Positions 38,950 to 46,739 of a DNA stretch of 49,311 nt are shown piece after piece. Every line of letters begins with the position of its first letter. Positions within the stretch are counted from its first letter, which is position 1. A program made the position numbers and the translations under genes. The notes beneath the pieces are model-generated. The model had not been told where the DNA came from. It saw nothing but the letters and a program-made list of their open reading frames with translations, and searched no databases. Origin of the DNA: Patescibacteria group bacterium (lineage in GTDB: Bacteria > Patescibacteriota > Minisyncoccia > UBA6257 > GWB1-50-10); NCBI GenBank assembly GCA_038064775.1, contig JBBTSG010000006.1:32168-81478 (forward strand). The letters run 5' to 3'.

Positions 38950-39043
38950 GTGATCATCTCCTTTCTTTATTTTATGCCAATCGTTCGTTTCCTACTTTTT
39001 TTCGGAAAATCCCGAAATGGCGGTTGGTAAATAAACTAGAAGT

Positions 39044-39072
39044 AATTTATCACGCTATTTGATATTTGTCAA
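39044..39072 (-). promoter_or_regulatory. sigma70 promoter with extended -10
   Basis: TTGACA-N17-TAAATT preceded by TGa. Confidence 0.75.
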
Positions 39073-39075
39073 TCA

Positions 39076-39137
39076 CGTTAGAAATCCGCTTTGCTGAAGG
39101 CACGGCGGCAGCCGCTAGAAGCGGCTTATTTCTAACG
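39076..39137. repeat. 62-bp element with 10-bp terminal inverted repeats overlapping the iscS-like stop codon
   Basis: CGTTAGAAAT...ATTTCTAACG with internal hairpin AGCCGC/GCGGCT. Confidence 0.65.
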
Positions 39138-40437
39138 GAATCAATATTTCCAAAACTTTTTTTAAATCAGCTATTTTTGTCTCTCTACCGAAACTAAACC
39201 GCAAACTGCTCATAATCCTCTCTTGCTCTAATCCGATTGCGGTTAAAACATGCGAAAGTTTAGTCGCCCGCGCGGAACAAGCCGAACCGGCGGAAACCGC
39301 CACGCCCACTTTATCAAGTTTTATAAGCATTTCGTCCGCGAGCGTGCCCGGCAAATAAACATTTAAAATATGGGGCGCGGACTTATCATCAATCGGTCCG
39401 TTTACGGCGAGTGCCGGAAAAATTTTCTCGAGTCGCGCGAGAAAATATTTTTTTAATTTTTCAGTTTTGAGACAATTTTGCTTGCGGCGCGCGGAGACAA
39501 GTTCAACCGCTTTGCCGAAACCGACAATTAGCGGTGTATTTTCCGTTCCCGACCGCAAACCAAATTCCTGCCCGCCGCCGGTAATAATCGGCTTTATCTC
39601 TTTTTTAATCTTTTCCCGAAGGTAGAGCGCGCCAATGCCTTTCGGGCCATAAATTTTGTGGGCGGAGAGCGTCATTAAATCAACGCCTAATTTTTTAACG
39701 TCACAATCGAAAAACTGAAACGCTTGAACGGCGTCAATATGGAATAAGGGGTAAGAAGAAAGAAGATTTTTCTCTAAGAAAAGTGTCTCGGAGCCCGAGC
39801 GGGCACGGTCTCCGACGAAGTCGGAGGAGCGAGGGCGAGAGTCAAGCGGGCGAGCGAGCGGCTGGGCGAGCGAGACCCCGTCTTTTTGTGAGATAAATTT
39901 TCTTTCTTTGAATTCGGAAATTATCTTTGAAATTTCCGCAATCGGCTGGACCGTGCCAATTTCATTATTCACATACATTACCGATACCAAAATTGTTTTA
40001 TCGTTTAAAGCTGATTTCAATTTATTTAAATCGACTAAACCTTCACGGCTAACCGGTAAATAGATAACATCAAATCCGTCGCGCTCCAAGTCGCGAGCCG
40101 TTTCCAAAACCGATTCATGCTCAATCGCCAAAATTATAATCCGTGAATCTTTCGGTTTATCTTTAAGCGCGCCGCGCAACGCCAAGTTATTCGCTTCCGT
40201 TGCCGAACCGGTAAAAATTATTTCCCGAAATCCGGCGGCCGCCGGACGCCCGATCGCTTTCGCGATTACCTCCCGGCTTTCATCAATCGCTTTAATCGCT
40301 TCTTGGCCAAAACGGTGAAGTGAACCAGCGTTGCCAAAATTTTCTAGAAAATAAGGCATCATCGCTTTCAAAACCGCGGGGTGAACCGGCGTTGAAGCGG
40401 CATAATCAAGATAAATATTGTTTGTTTTAACTCTCAT
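39115..40437 (-). CDS. iscS: Cysteine desulfurase (IscS/NifS group I) with in-frame insertions
   Basis: YLDYAASTP, FTGSATEANN, NNEIGTVQP, HIDAVQA, SAHKIYGPKG (PLP Lys), RSGTEN, SAGSACS (catalytic Cys). Confidence 0.92.
   Translation of the reverse strand: MRVKTNNIYLDYAASTPVHPAVLKAMMPYFLENFGNAGSLHRFGQEAIKAIDESREVIAKAIGRPAAAGFREIIFTGSATEANNLALRGALKDKPKDSRIIILAIEHESVLETARDLERDGFDVIYLPVSREGLVDLNKLKSALNDKTILVSVMYVNNEIGTVQPIAEISKIISEFKERKFISQKDGVSLAQPLARPLDSRPRSSDFVGDRARSGSETLFLEKNLLSSYPLFHIDAVQAFQFFDCDVKKLGVDLMTLSAHKIYGPKGIGALYLREKIKKEIKPIITGGGQEFGLRSGTENTPLIVGFGKAVELVSARRKQNCLKTEKLKKYFLARLEKIFPALAVNGPIDDKSAPHILNVYLPGTLADEMLIKLDKVGVAVSAGSACSARATKLSHVLTAIGLEQERIMSSLRFSFGRETKIADLKKVLEILIPLEISRF
39785..39876. 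repeat. GC-rich structured in-frame insertion inside the iscS-like gene
   Basis: About 74% GC, bounded by GTCTCG/CGAGAC, internal hairpins CTCCGAC-GAA-GTCGGAG and GCCC-GAGC-GGGC, repeated GCGAG. Confidence 0.75.
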
Positions 40438-40445
40438 TTATGAGG

Positions 40446-40496
40446 ATTATAGCTATATATTCTCTATTTGACAAAATTATTATAGTATGCTATACT
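40446..40496. promoter_or_regulatory. Divergent sigma70 promoters sharing one TTGACAA -35 heptamer
   Basis: Plus strand: TTGACA(40468-40473)-N17-TATACT. Minus strand: TTGTCA(40469-40474)-N17-TATAAT, 8 nt before the iscS ATG. Confidence 0.82.
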
Positions 40497-40535
40497 TTAA
40501 ACAGTAAATTAATACTCACTAATTTCGAGGTAAAT

Positions 40536-41267
40536 ATGTTTGATTTGATTGATTTAAAACGCGGTCATGGAAAACTTTTTGCAAATAAAGACAAAAGGGT
40601 TTCGATGACCATTCATGTGGCGATATTCAATAAAAGTCGGGATAAAATTCTTCTTGTTCACGATCTCGGCGGTAGCGAAAACGGATTAAAAATCGGCGGA
40701 GTAAAGCCAGAGCGTTGGGTGCTTATCACTGGCAAAGTTCATGCCGGCGAAACGCCTTACGAAGCGGCGAATCGGGAAACACGAGAAGAAGGAAATCTTT
40801 TAATAGAAGATGTGCCTTTCTTTATTTCTCGCCTGCCAGCGCTTACCGAAAAAAAAGGAAAAGAAGAAAGCATTCATATGGAGATTTTTTTTATCGGGGA
40901 ATTGAAAAATTCTAATGAAAAACTTCCTGAAAAAACCTTTCCTGTCCGCGACCCTCTTCGCCACGTGGTTGAGGGGTATTGGCACTCTATTGATGACTTA
41001 CCTACTGACGAAGAAGCTCGTCGGTCATGCTATTTATTTGACCAAGCTAAACTAGAAAGAAAACCTATCGAGCAGCTGGAAGAATTACCTTATTTTTCCA
41101 TAGACAAAGAAACGGTTTTCCCAATCTCACCTCCTCACCTCCGATTTATTCGAAATAAAGGAATTTGTGACTCGCCAGAAGAACTTGATTCTAAAATACA
41201 AAATCTTCTAGCAATAGCCAAAACTTCCTTTTTCCGGTTGCCGTTAATTCCCAAAACCTCCTTGTAA
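40536..41267 (+). CDS. Nudix hydrolase; start reassigned to MFDLIDLK
   Basis: GKVHAGETPYEAANRETREEG Nudix box; SD CGAGGT; the promoter lies inside the longer ORF. Confidence 0.8.
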   Translation: MFDLIDLKRGHGKLFANKDKRVSMTIHVAIFNKSRDKILLVHDLGGSENGLKIGGVKPERWVLITGKVHAGETPYEAANRETREEGNLLIEDVPFFISRLPALTEKKGKEESIHMEIFFIGELKNSNEKLPEKTFPVRDPLRHVVEGYWHSIDDLPTDEEARRSCYLFDQAKLERKPIEQLEELPYFSIDKETVFPISPPHLRFIRNKGICDSPEELDSKIQNLLAIAKTSFFRLPLIPKTSL

Positions 41268-41282
41268 TTACAAGGGGGTTTT
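41253..41282. terminator. Bidirectional terminator between convergent genes
   Basis: AAAACCTCCTTGT-AATT-ACAAGGGGGTTTT. Confidence 0.7.
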
Positions 41283-41749
41283 TATTTTTCTTCTTTTTTT
41301 TCAAGCAGCTCGTAAACGTTAATCTTTCTCAAAATTATTAAAATAATTAATAAGCTCACCGTCGCGATCGCGGCGAAGCTAGTAAGTCCAATGCCGCACA
41401 AAACGCCGATTGCCGCCACAAACCAAACGGAAGCGGCCGTAGTAAGGCCACGAACGTGAATTCCTTGCTGGATAATAATTCCCGCGCCCAAAAAACCGAT
41501 GCCAACCACGATGTTCGCGATCACATTCAAAGAACCGCTATTATTTGAAATAACCTGATCCAAATTAGAAGTAGCGACTAGATACGGCAAAGTTAAACCG
41601 ATTAGAGAAAAAATCGCCGCGCCGGAGGCAACCATTATATCAGTGCGGACACCAGCTTCTTTACCAACCATTTCCCGTTCAAAGCCGATTAAAGCGCCAA
41701 GTAGGGCTGCGATTCCTAATCTCAATATCATTTCTCCAGTGGTAAGCAT
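41282..41749 (-). CDS. MgtC/SapB family membrane protein
   Basis: LGALIGFERE, AGVRT, GIGFLGAGII, GLTTAASVW. Confidence 0.93.
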   Translation of the reverse strand: MLTTGEMILRLGIAALLGALIGFEREMVGKEAGVRTDIMVASGAAIFSLIGLTLPYLVATSNLDQVISNNSGSLNVIANIVVGIGFLGAGIIIQQGIHVRGLTTAASVWFVAAIGVLCGIGLTSFAAIATVSLLIILIILRKINVYELLEKKEEK

Positions 41750-41767
41750 TAGATTAATTATACAAAA

Positions 41768-42349
41768 TTATTGATAGTTTGGCCGATCTTCTTCTATTTT
41801 TAACTGGAAATTTGCGTAGCGGGCTAAAGCAAAAAGAAAGCTGGAAAGCCGGTTAAAAAACTGAAGCAATTCCGGCGTGAGACGCTTAATTTCAGAATTG
41901 TAACCGACCGCCTCACGTTCAGCGCGCCGAATAATTGTCCGGCCAAAATCAAACATTGCCGAAATTTCACTGCCGCCCGGAATAATAAAATGTTTTAATT
42001 CACTGACTTGCTGATCAATCAAACTAATCTTCCCCTCAATTTTTTCAGTTGTGGCAGATGTAATTTTCGGACTTTTTGGATAAGCGAAGGCGATGGCGGC
42101 CACTTCCGCCTGGGCGATAAAAAGAAGTTGCTGGATTTCTTTGATAACGTTTTCAAGGTTCAGCGGATCGCCTTTCTCAAAACTAAAATTTTTCTCTTTG
42201 TTGATTTTCGCCCGACAAAGCCCAAGCCAAGAATTTAATTCATCAAGCGTTCCTAAAATAGCCATCGCCGGATCAGTTTTTGAAAACTTTTTCTCGCCAA
42301 TCTGGCTTTCGCCCTGATCGCCCTTACCAGTAAAAAATTTTGTCTTCAT
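41768..42349 (-). CDS. PduO-type ATP:cob(I)alamin adenosyltransferase
   Basis: TGKGDQGES, GTLDELNSWLG, FIIPGGS, RTIIRRAER, NRLSSFLF. Confidence 0.9.
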   Translation of the reverse strand: MKTKFFTGKGDQGESQIGEKKFSKTDPAMAILGTLDELNSWLGLCRAKINKEKNFSFEKGDPLNLENVIKEIQQLLFIAQAEVAAIAFAYPKSPKITSATTEKIEGKISLIDQQVSELKHFIIPGGSEISAMFDFGRTIIRRAEREAVGYNSEIKRLTPELLQFFNRLSSFLFALARYANFQLKIEEDRPNYQ

Positions 42350-42380
42350 TACATTTTTAATTTTAACAGAGTTATAAAGA

Positions 42381-42407
42381 AAAAACCCCGCAGTTGCGGG
42401 GATTTTT
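42381..42407 (-). terminator. Intrinsic terminator
   Basis: CCCCGCA/TGCGGGG stem with T-tract. Confidence 0.78.
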
Positions 42408-42427
42408 CTAACGAACTAAAAAACTTT

Positions 42428-42649
42428 CTACAGACCATTTATGTCTTGATCGATATTGTCAAAACCACTATCTACACTACCAACATCAATACCGCTTAAA
42501 TCATTGCTAATATTTACCGTGCTGTCCGGCGCGGTTTGTAAATTAGCCCTCGGATCAATTGAAGGAACGGAATTTGAGCTTTTCATAAACCACCAAACGA
42601 GCAAAACAACGACTAAAATAATTAACCAAATAATTGTGTTCTTTTTCAT
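42428..42649 (-). CDS. Small single-pass membrane protein
   Basis: MKKN + hydrophobic helix + acidic S/D-rich tail; co-transcribed with the upstream secreted protein. Confidence 0.65.
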   Translation of the reverse strand: MKKNTIIWLIILVVVLLVWWFMKSSNSVPSIDPRANLQTAPDSTVNISNDLSGIDVGSVDSGFDNIDQDINGL

Positions 42650-42650
42650 A

Positions 42651-43406
42651 TTATTGATTGCTGGTTGAAGTTGCGGTTGAAGTTGCGGTTGAAGTCGCCT
42701 CTTTGTCTTCGTCTACGCGGGGAATTTTAGCGAGGGTCGTCGCTGCGTTATGAACAGCGTCGCGAGCGGCAACGACTAATTTTTGTACCGCGTTTAAATC
42801 ACTTTTAAGTGTTTCGCGAGTGCTCTTAACAAGACTTTGGAGATCGCTCATCGTTGAGCTTGAAATAACGGTTGGCAAATTAATCGGATAAGTTTTTGCG
42901 AGCTGGGCTTTCACCGCTGTTTGCGCCGTTGTAATTGCGCTCTGCGCGGCGGTAATTGCTGTTCGCGCCGCGGTTACGTCATTACCACGAGCTTGAACTT
43001 TGTCCGTGCGACTCACGATTCTTGTGAGCACGCTATTTAGCTTATCTAAAACATTGCTAAAATGATTAGCTGAACGTTGATTTAAATCATTCAGATTGTT
43101 TTGAAGTCGATTTAAAACTTCTTTCTTGCGAGTGTCTTTGATTTGCTCAACTTTTGATTTAAAAGTTTCTCGCTCTTTTTCAATCTTTTGTCCGACTGTT
43201 GCTTTAAGCGTTTTCACGTCCGATTGGAACTTTTCCTTAAGCGATTCCATTACTTCACGCGATTGCGCCTTAACATTCTGCACGCTCGTCTTATAATCAC
43301 CGCGCATTTTATTCAACTCATCACGATAGGGTTTTGTTGATGTCTGAGCACTCACGAAAAACGCGAGCCCAAAAAACAACGCAACCGCTAAAACTGATTT
43401 CTTCAT
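42651..43406 (-). CDS. Secreted helical/coiled-coil hypothetical protein with an (ATST)3 tail
   Basis: Signal peptide MKKSVLAVALFFGLAFFVSA; heptad-rich body; 12-nt tandem repeat x3 at 42663-42698. Confidence 0.72.
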   Translation of the reverse strand: MKKSVLAVALFFGLAFFVSAQTSTKPYRDELNKMRGDYKTSVQNVKAQSREVMESLKEKFQSDVKTLKATVGQKIEKERETFKSKVEQIKDTRKKEVLNRLQNNLNDLNQRSANHFSNVLDKLNSVLTRIVSRTDKVQARGNDVTAARTAITAAQSAITTAQTAVKAQLAKTYPINLPTVISSSTMSDLQSLVKSTRETLKSDLNAVQKLVVAARDAVHNAATTLAKIPRVDEDKEATSTATSTATSTSNQ

Positions 43407-43481
43407 ATAATTTTTATTTTATTATGGATTGACCTTTATATTTACTTACTTAAGTATAACGCATTCAAACACGCAATGTTT

Positions 43482-44783
43482 CTAGGAATAGATTTTCCCC
43501 CGTAAATAATTTTTTAATTCGGCGATTTTCACTCTTTCTTGTTTTGCCGTGTCGCGATCGCGGACGGTTACATCTCCATTATCCAAACTATCAAAATCAA
43601 CGGTGATACAATAGGGCGTGCCGATTTCGTCTTGGGAATAATAGCGTTTGCCGATATTCCCCCGCTCGTCCCAAGCAATGTTTCCGCCGGCTGGCGGATC
43701 TTTTTTCAAATCAGTGTAAATTTTTCTGGCAAGCTCAACTAATTTCGGTTTATTCGCCAAAAGCGGAAACACCGCCGCTTTGAACGGCGCGAGACGCGGG
43801 TGAAGCTTTAAAAATACCCGATCTTTTTCTTCCGTGTAAGCATCTACCAAGAAAAATAAAGCGGCCCGATCCACGCCACCGGAGGTCTCAATTATAAACG
43901 GTAAAAATCTTTCCTTGGTTTCTTCATCAAAATAAGTAAGGTCCTTTTTTGAAAATTCCTGATGCCGGCGAAGATCAAAGTCACCCCGGTGATGGATACC
44001 TTCCATTTCCCGCCATTCATTATCAACACGATATTCAATATCAAAAGCCGCTTGGGCGTAATGCGCCAACTTTTCATGTTCTTTGAAACGCAAATTATTT
44101 TTGCTCATCCCCAAGTTTTTGTACCAATCCATTCTTTTTTCTTTCCAGTTTTCTAAAACCTTCATTGATTCTTTTTTGTCAGGCCGCACATAATATTGAA
44201 GTTCCATTTGTTCAAACTCGCGGGAACGGAATGTAAAATCACCTGGCGTAATTTCATTCCTGAAAGCTTTGCCGATTTGCGCGATGCCAAACGGCAATTT
44301 AACGCGGGTGGAGTCCAAAACGTTTTTAAAATTAACGTGCACGCCTTGAGTAATCTCGCCCCGCAGATATGTTTTTGTTTTTTCGCCTTCAACCACGCCA
44401 AGATAAGTTTCAACCATTAGATTAAAAGTTTTCGGTTCGGTAAGCGCACCGCCGCAATCAGGGCATTTATTTTTATCTACCTGGTCGGCTCGAAAACGGT
44501 GATGGCATTTTTTGCATTCCACAAGCGGATCGGAAAAAGAATCCAAATGACCCGAAGCTTCCCAAACTTTCGGATTCATGATTATTGCGGCATCCATTCC
44601 CACAATTTCATCGTTTTCCCGAACAACCGATTTCCAAAACTCATTTTTAATATTCCGCTTTAGTTCAACGCCAAGCGGGCCGTAATCCCAAGTGCCGGCC
44701 AATCCGCCGTAAATTTCCGATCCGGGATAAATAAACCCCCGTCTTTTTGCTAACGCCGAAATTTTTTCTAAAGCATTTGCCAT
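43482..44783 (-). CDS. glyQS: Glycine-tRNA ligase (homodimeric alpha2 type)
   Basis: SEIYGGLAGTWDYGPLG, YLRGEITQG, GKAFRNEI, RSREFEQMEL, IETSGGVDR, GKRYYSQDEIGTP. Confidence 0.96.
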   Translation of the reverse strand: MANALEKISALAKRRGFIYPGSEIYGGLAGTWDYGPLGVELKRNIKNEFWKSVVRENDEIVGMDAAIIMNPKVWEASGHLDSFSDPLVECKKCHHRFRADQVDKNKCPDCGGALTEPKTFNLMVETYLGVVEGEKTKTYLRGEITQGVHVNFKNVLDSTRVKLPFGIAQIGKAFRNEITPGDFTFRSREFEQMELQYYVRPDKKESMKVLENWKEKRMDWYKNLGMSKNNLRFKEHEKLAHYAQAAFDIEYRVDNEWREMEGIHHRGDFDLRRHQEFSKKDLTYFDEETKERFLPFIIETSGGVDRAALFFLVDAYTEEKDRVFLKLHPRLAPFKAAVFPLLANKPKLVELARKIYTDLKKDPPAGGNIAWDERGNIGKRYYSQDEIGTPYCITVDFDSLDNGDVTVRDRDTAKQERVKIAELKNYLRGKIYS

Positions 44784-44788
44784 AATAC

Positions 44789-46717
44789 CTAAGGAATAAC
44801 TCTGCCCGCGTCTTGACCAACCGTTCGATCGTCCGGCAGAGCAGTTGTGATTGTAATATCGCTTGCGTTTAACTCAAGTCCGGTAAAATCATCAACCGCC
44901 TTTAATATTGTATCGCTTAAAATATTTTTATACCTACCAACCTCCGTCACGTTCGGCGTCGCCCGCACTTGGAAAATCGCTTCAACCGGATTGCTTAGCA
45001 CGCCTTTTGTGGCCGGAATACGATCAATTGTCCAAACTATTTCCTGCGTTCGATCGTTGTATAATGGCACGGTATCAATATTACTTTTCACAAGACCGGT
45101 CCAAGCAACGCCGCCGGCTAAAGAAGCGTGAATTTCAATATTTTTAATATCCGTTGAAAAATTTTTAATAAGCCAGTGAATTGTGTAATCAGTTGGCTGA
45201 TTAACTTTTGGCGGTAAAACGCCATTATTCACAAAACCAGAAAGGGCATCGCGATAAAAAGCTTGAGCGCTAACCGTTGCAAAGCCGCTTACTTTTATAT
45301 CGGACGCGGCGACCACTGAAGTTTCGGAGGCGGCAAGATAATAAGGCACCGAAGGCGATGTAAGAGTCGCGTTCACTTTCAGGTAAAAATTTTTGTCGTT
45401 TAAGTGTTTAATCGGAAAATCTTTTTTCAGACCAACGTTGATTTTTACTTCGCCGGAGGCACCCGCATCAAGTAATTTAAAATTGGGAAGATTAGCCGCA
45501 TTCCAAGAAACAGTGTTTGTAATAGAATTTAGAGCGCCGTCGGTCTTCATGGTTCCAAAATCAAATAACTCACCGGCGAGCGAAACGTTCAAAACCGTAT
45601 CGGCCAAAGCAATGCCGCTGTTGTTTTGATAATTAATTGTGTAAGTTAGTTGGTCGCCAATGCGGGCAATATAATCGGTTTGGTGATTAACAGCGATTGC
45701 GAGCGTAACAGGTGACGGAGCAAGATCAACGCTTACTGCCTGCTCAAAAATCGGGTAATCCCGACCTAAAAAACCGGCGGAAACCGTAACTGGAATCGCA
45801 AATTGTTGATCGGTTATGCCCGTGACCAATCCCTTTATTTCCAAATCCCCGCTCGAACCAGCGTTTAACTCGCCCAAACGCCAAACATTATTCAAAGAAT
45901 CGGGCGCTAAACTGGCGGAAATAAATTTGAAAGTTGTCGGATAATTCAAAACAAGAGAAACGTTTGGGAAATCAAAATTGGAAATATTTTTATAACGCAC
46001 TTCAAGCGTGAAGGCAGAACCTTGAACAACGTGGTCCGGCTTCACAATCTCAACGCTCACGCCAGGAGACTTAATAAGAATTTCTTTTGTTTGGCTGGTC
46101 TCAAATCGGGACCGGCCGCCCGCGCCGTAAGAAAAAGTAATATTTATTTTTTGAAGCGAATTTACTTCGCCGGTTGGTAAAAATTTAAAAGTTTTTTTAG
46201 CAAAACTGCCACTACCGACATCACCCACATCTTCGTTAACGAGCATGCTTTGATTACTATTTAAACCGCCTCCTAAATAAACCAAGCCGATTGGTAAGTT
46301 TAGCGTAAAAGACGCTTGGTTAAATAAAATATCTGATTGATTAGTAACTTGAAGCGTTAAATCAAAAGGCACGCCACGAGAAATTTCGTTAGGAGCCACC
46401 ACTTCAAGGTTAGCGCCCTTCGCGCTTCGACCAAGATTTAAAAGAAAAATAGCGAACACAACAATAATAATCACGGCTAGCGCGGCGCCAAAAAAAAGCG
46501 CTGACTTTGGTAAAGCGGAAAAAAATGAATTTTTCGTGTTTTTTAGCGGCTCTTCTGAATTTTCCTCCGACCAATTTTCATTAATCAGATGTTTTGTTTC
46601 TTCGTTAGTTGACGAATTCTGCGACGAAACAAACCGCGATTTTTTTTGAAATTCGCCGCTACTGTCACCTTTAAATCTTTTTTGGTAAAGCTTTTTTTCT
46701 AAATCTTCTAAAGCCAT
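44789..46717 (-). CDS. Membrane-anchored protein with DUF11/Ig-like repeats; start reassigned to MALEDLEKKLY
   Basis: Single TM after a charged N-terminus; repeated Ig-like modules (GDQLTYTINYQN, NNVWRLGEL, YTIHW.IKN). Confidence 0.7.
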   Translation of the reverse strand: MALEDLEKKLYQKRFKGDSSGEFQKKSRFVSSQNSSTNEETKHLINENWSEENSEEPLKNTKNSFFSALPKSALFFGAALAVIIIVVFAIFLLNLGRSAKGANLEVVAPNEISRGVPFDLTLQVTNQSDILFNQASFTLNLPIGLVYLGGGLNSNQSMLVNEDVGDVGSGSFAKKTFKFLPTGEVNSLQKINITFSYGAGGRSRFETSQTKEILIKSPGVSVEIVKPDHVVQGSAFTLEVRYKNISNFDFPNVSLVLNYPTTFKFISASLAPDSLNNVWRLGELNAGSSGDLEIKGLVTGITDQQFAIPVTVSAGFLGRDYPIFEQAVSVDLAPSPVTLAIAVNHQTDYIARIGDQLTYTINYQNNSGIALADTVLNVSLAGELFDFGTMKTDGALNSITNTVSWNAANLPNFKLLDAGASGEVKINVGLKKDFPIKHLNDKNFYLKVNATLTSPSVPYYLAASETSVVAASDIKVSGFATVSAQAFYRDALSGFVNNGVLPPKVNQPTDYTIHWLIKNFSTDIKNIEIHASLAGGVAWTGLVKSNIDTVPLYNDRTQEIVWTIDRIPATKGVLSNPVEAIFQVRATPNVTEVGRYKNILSDTILKAVDDFTGLELNASDITITTALPDDRTVGQDAGRVIP

Positions 46718-46739
46718 ATAATTTCCTAAGTAGTAGTGC

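Noticed and set aside
32309-39030. Shared 10-mer CGGTTGGTAA in two leaders as an operator
   Set aside because: It also occurs inside a CDS (46171-46180) and is not palindromic; consistent with chance.
39785-39876. Intein or group I/II intron in the iscS-like gene
   Set aside because: Far too short, with no intein end motifs (C/S...HN) and no recognisable intron core.
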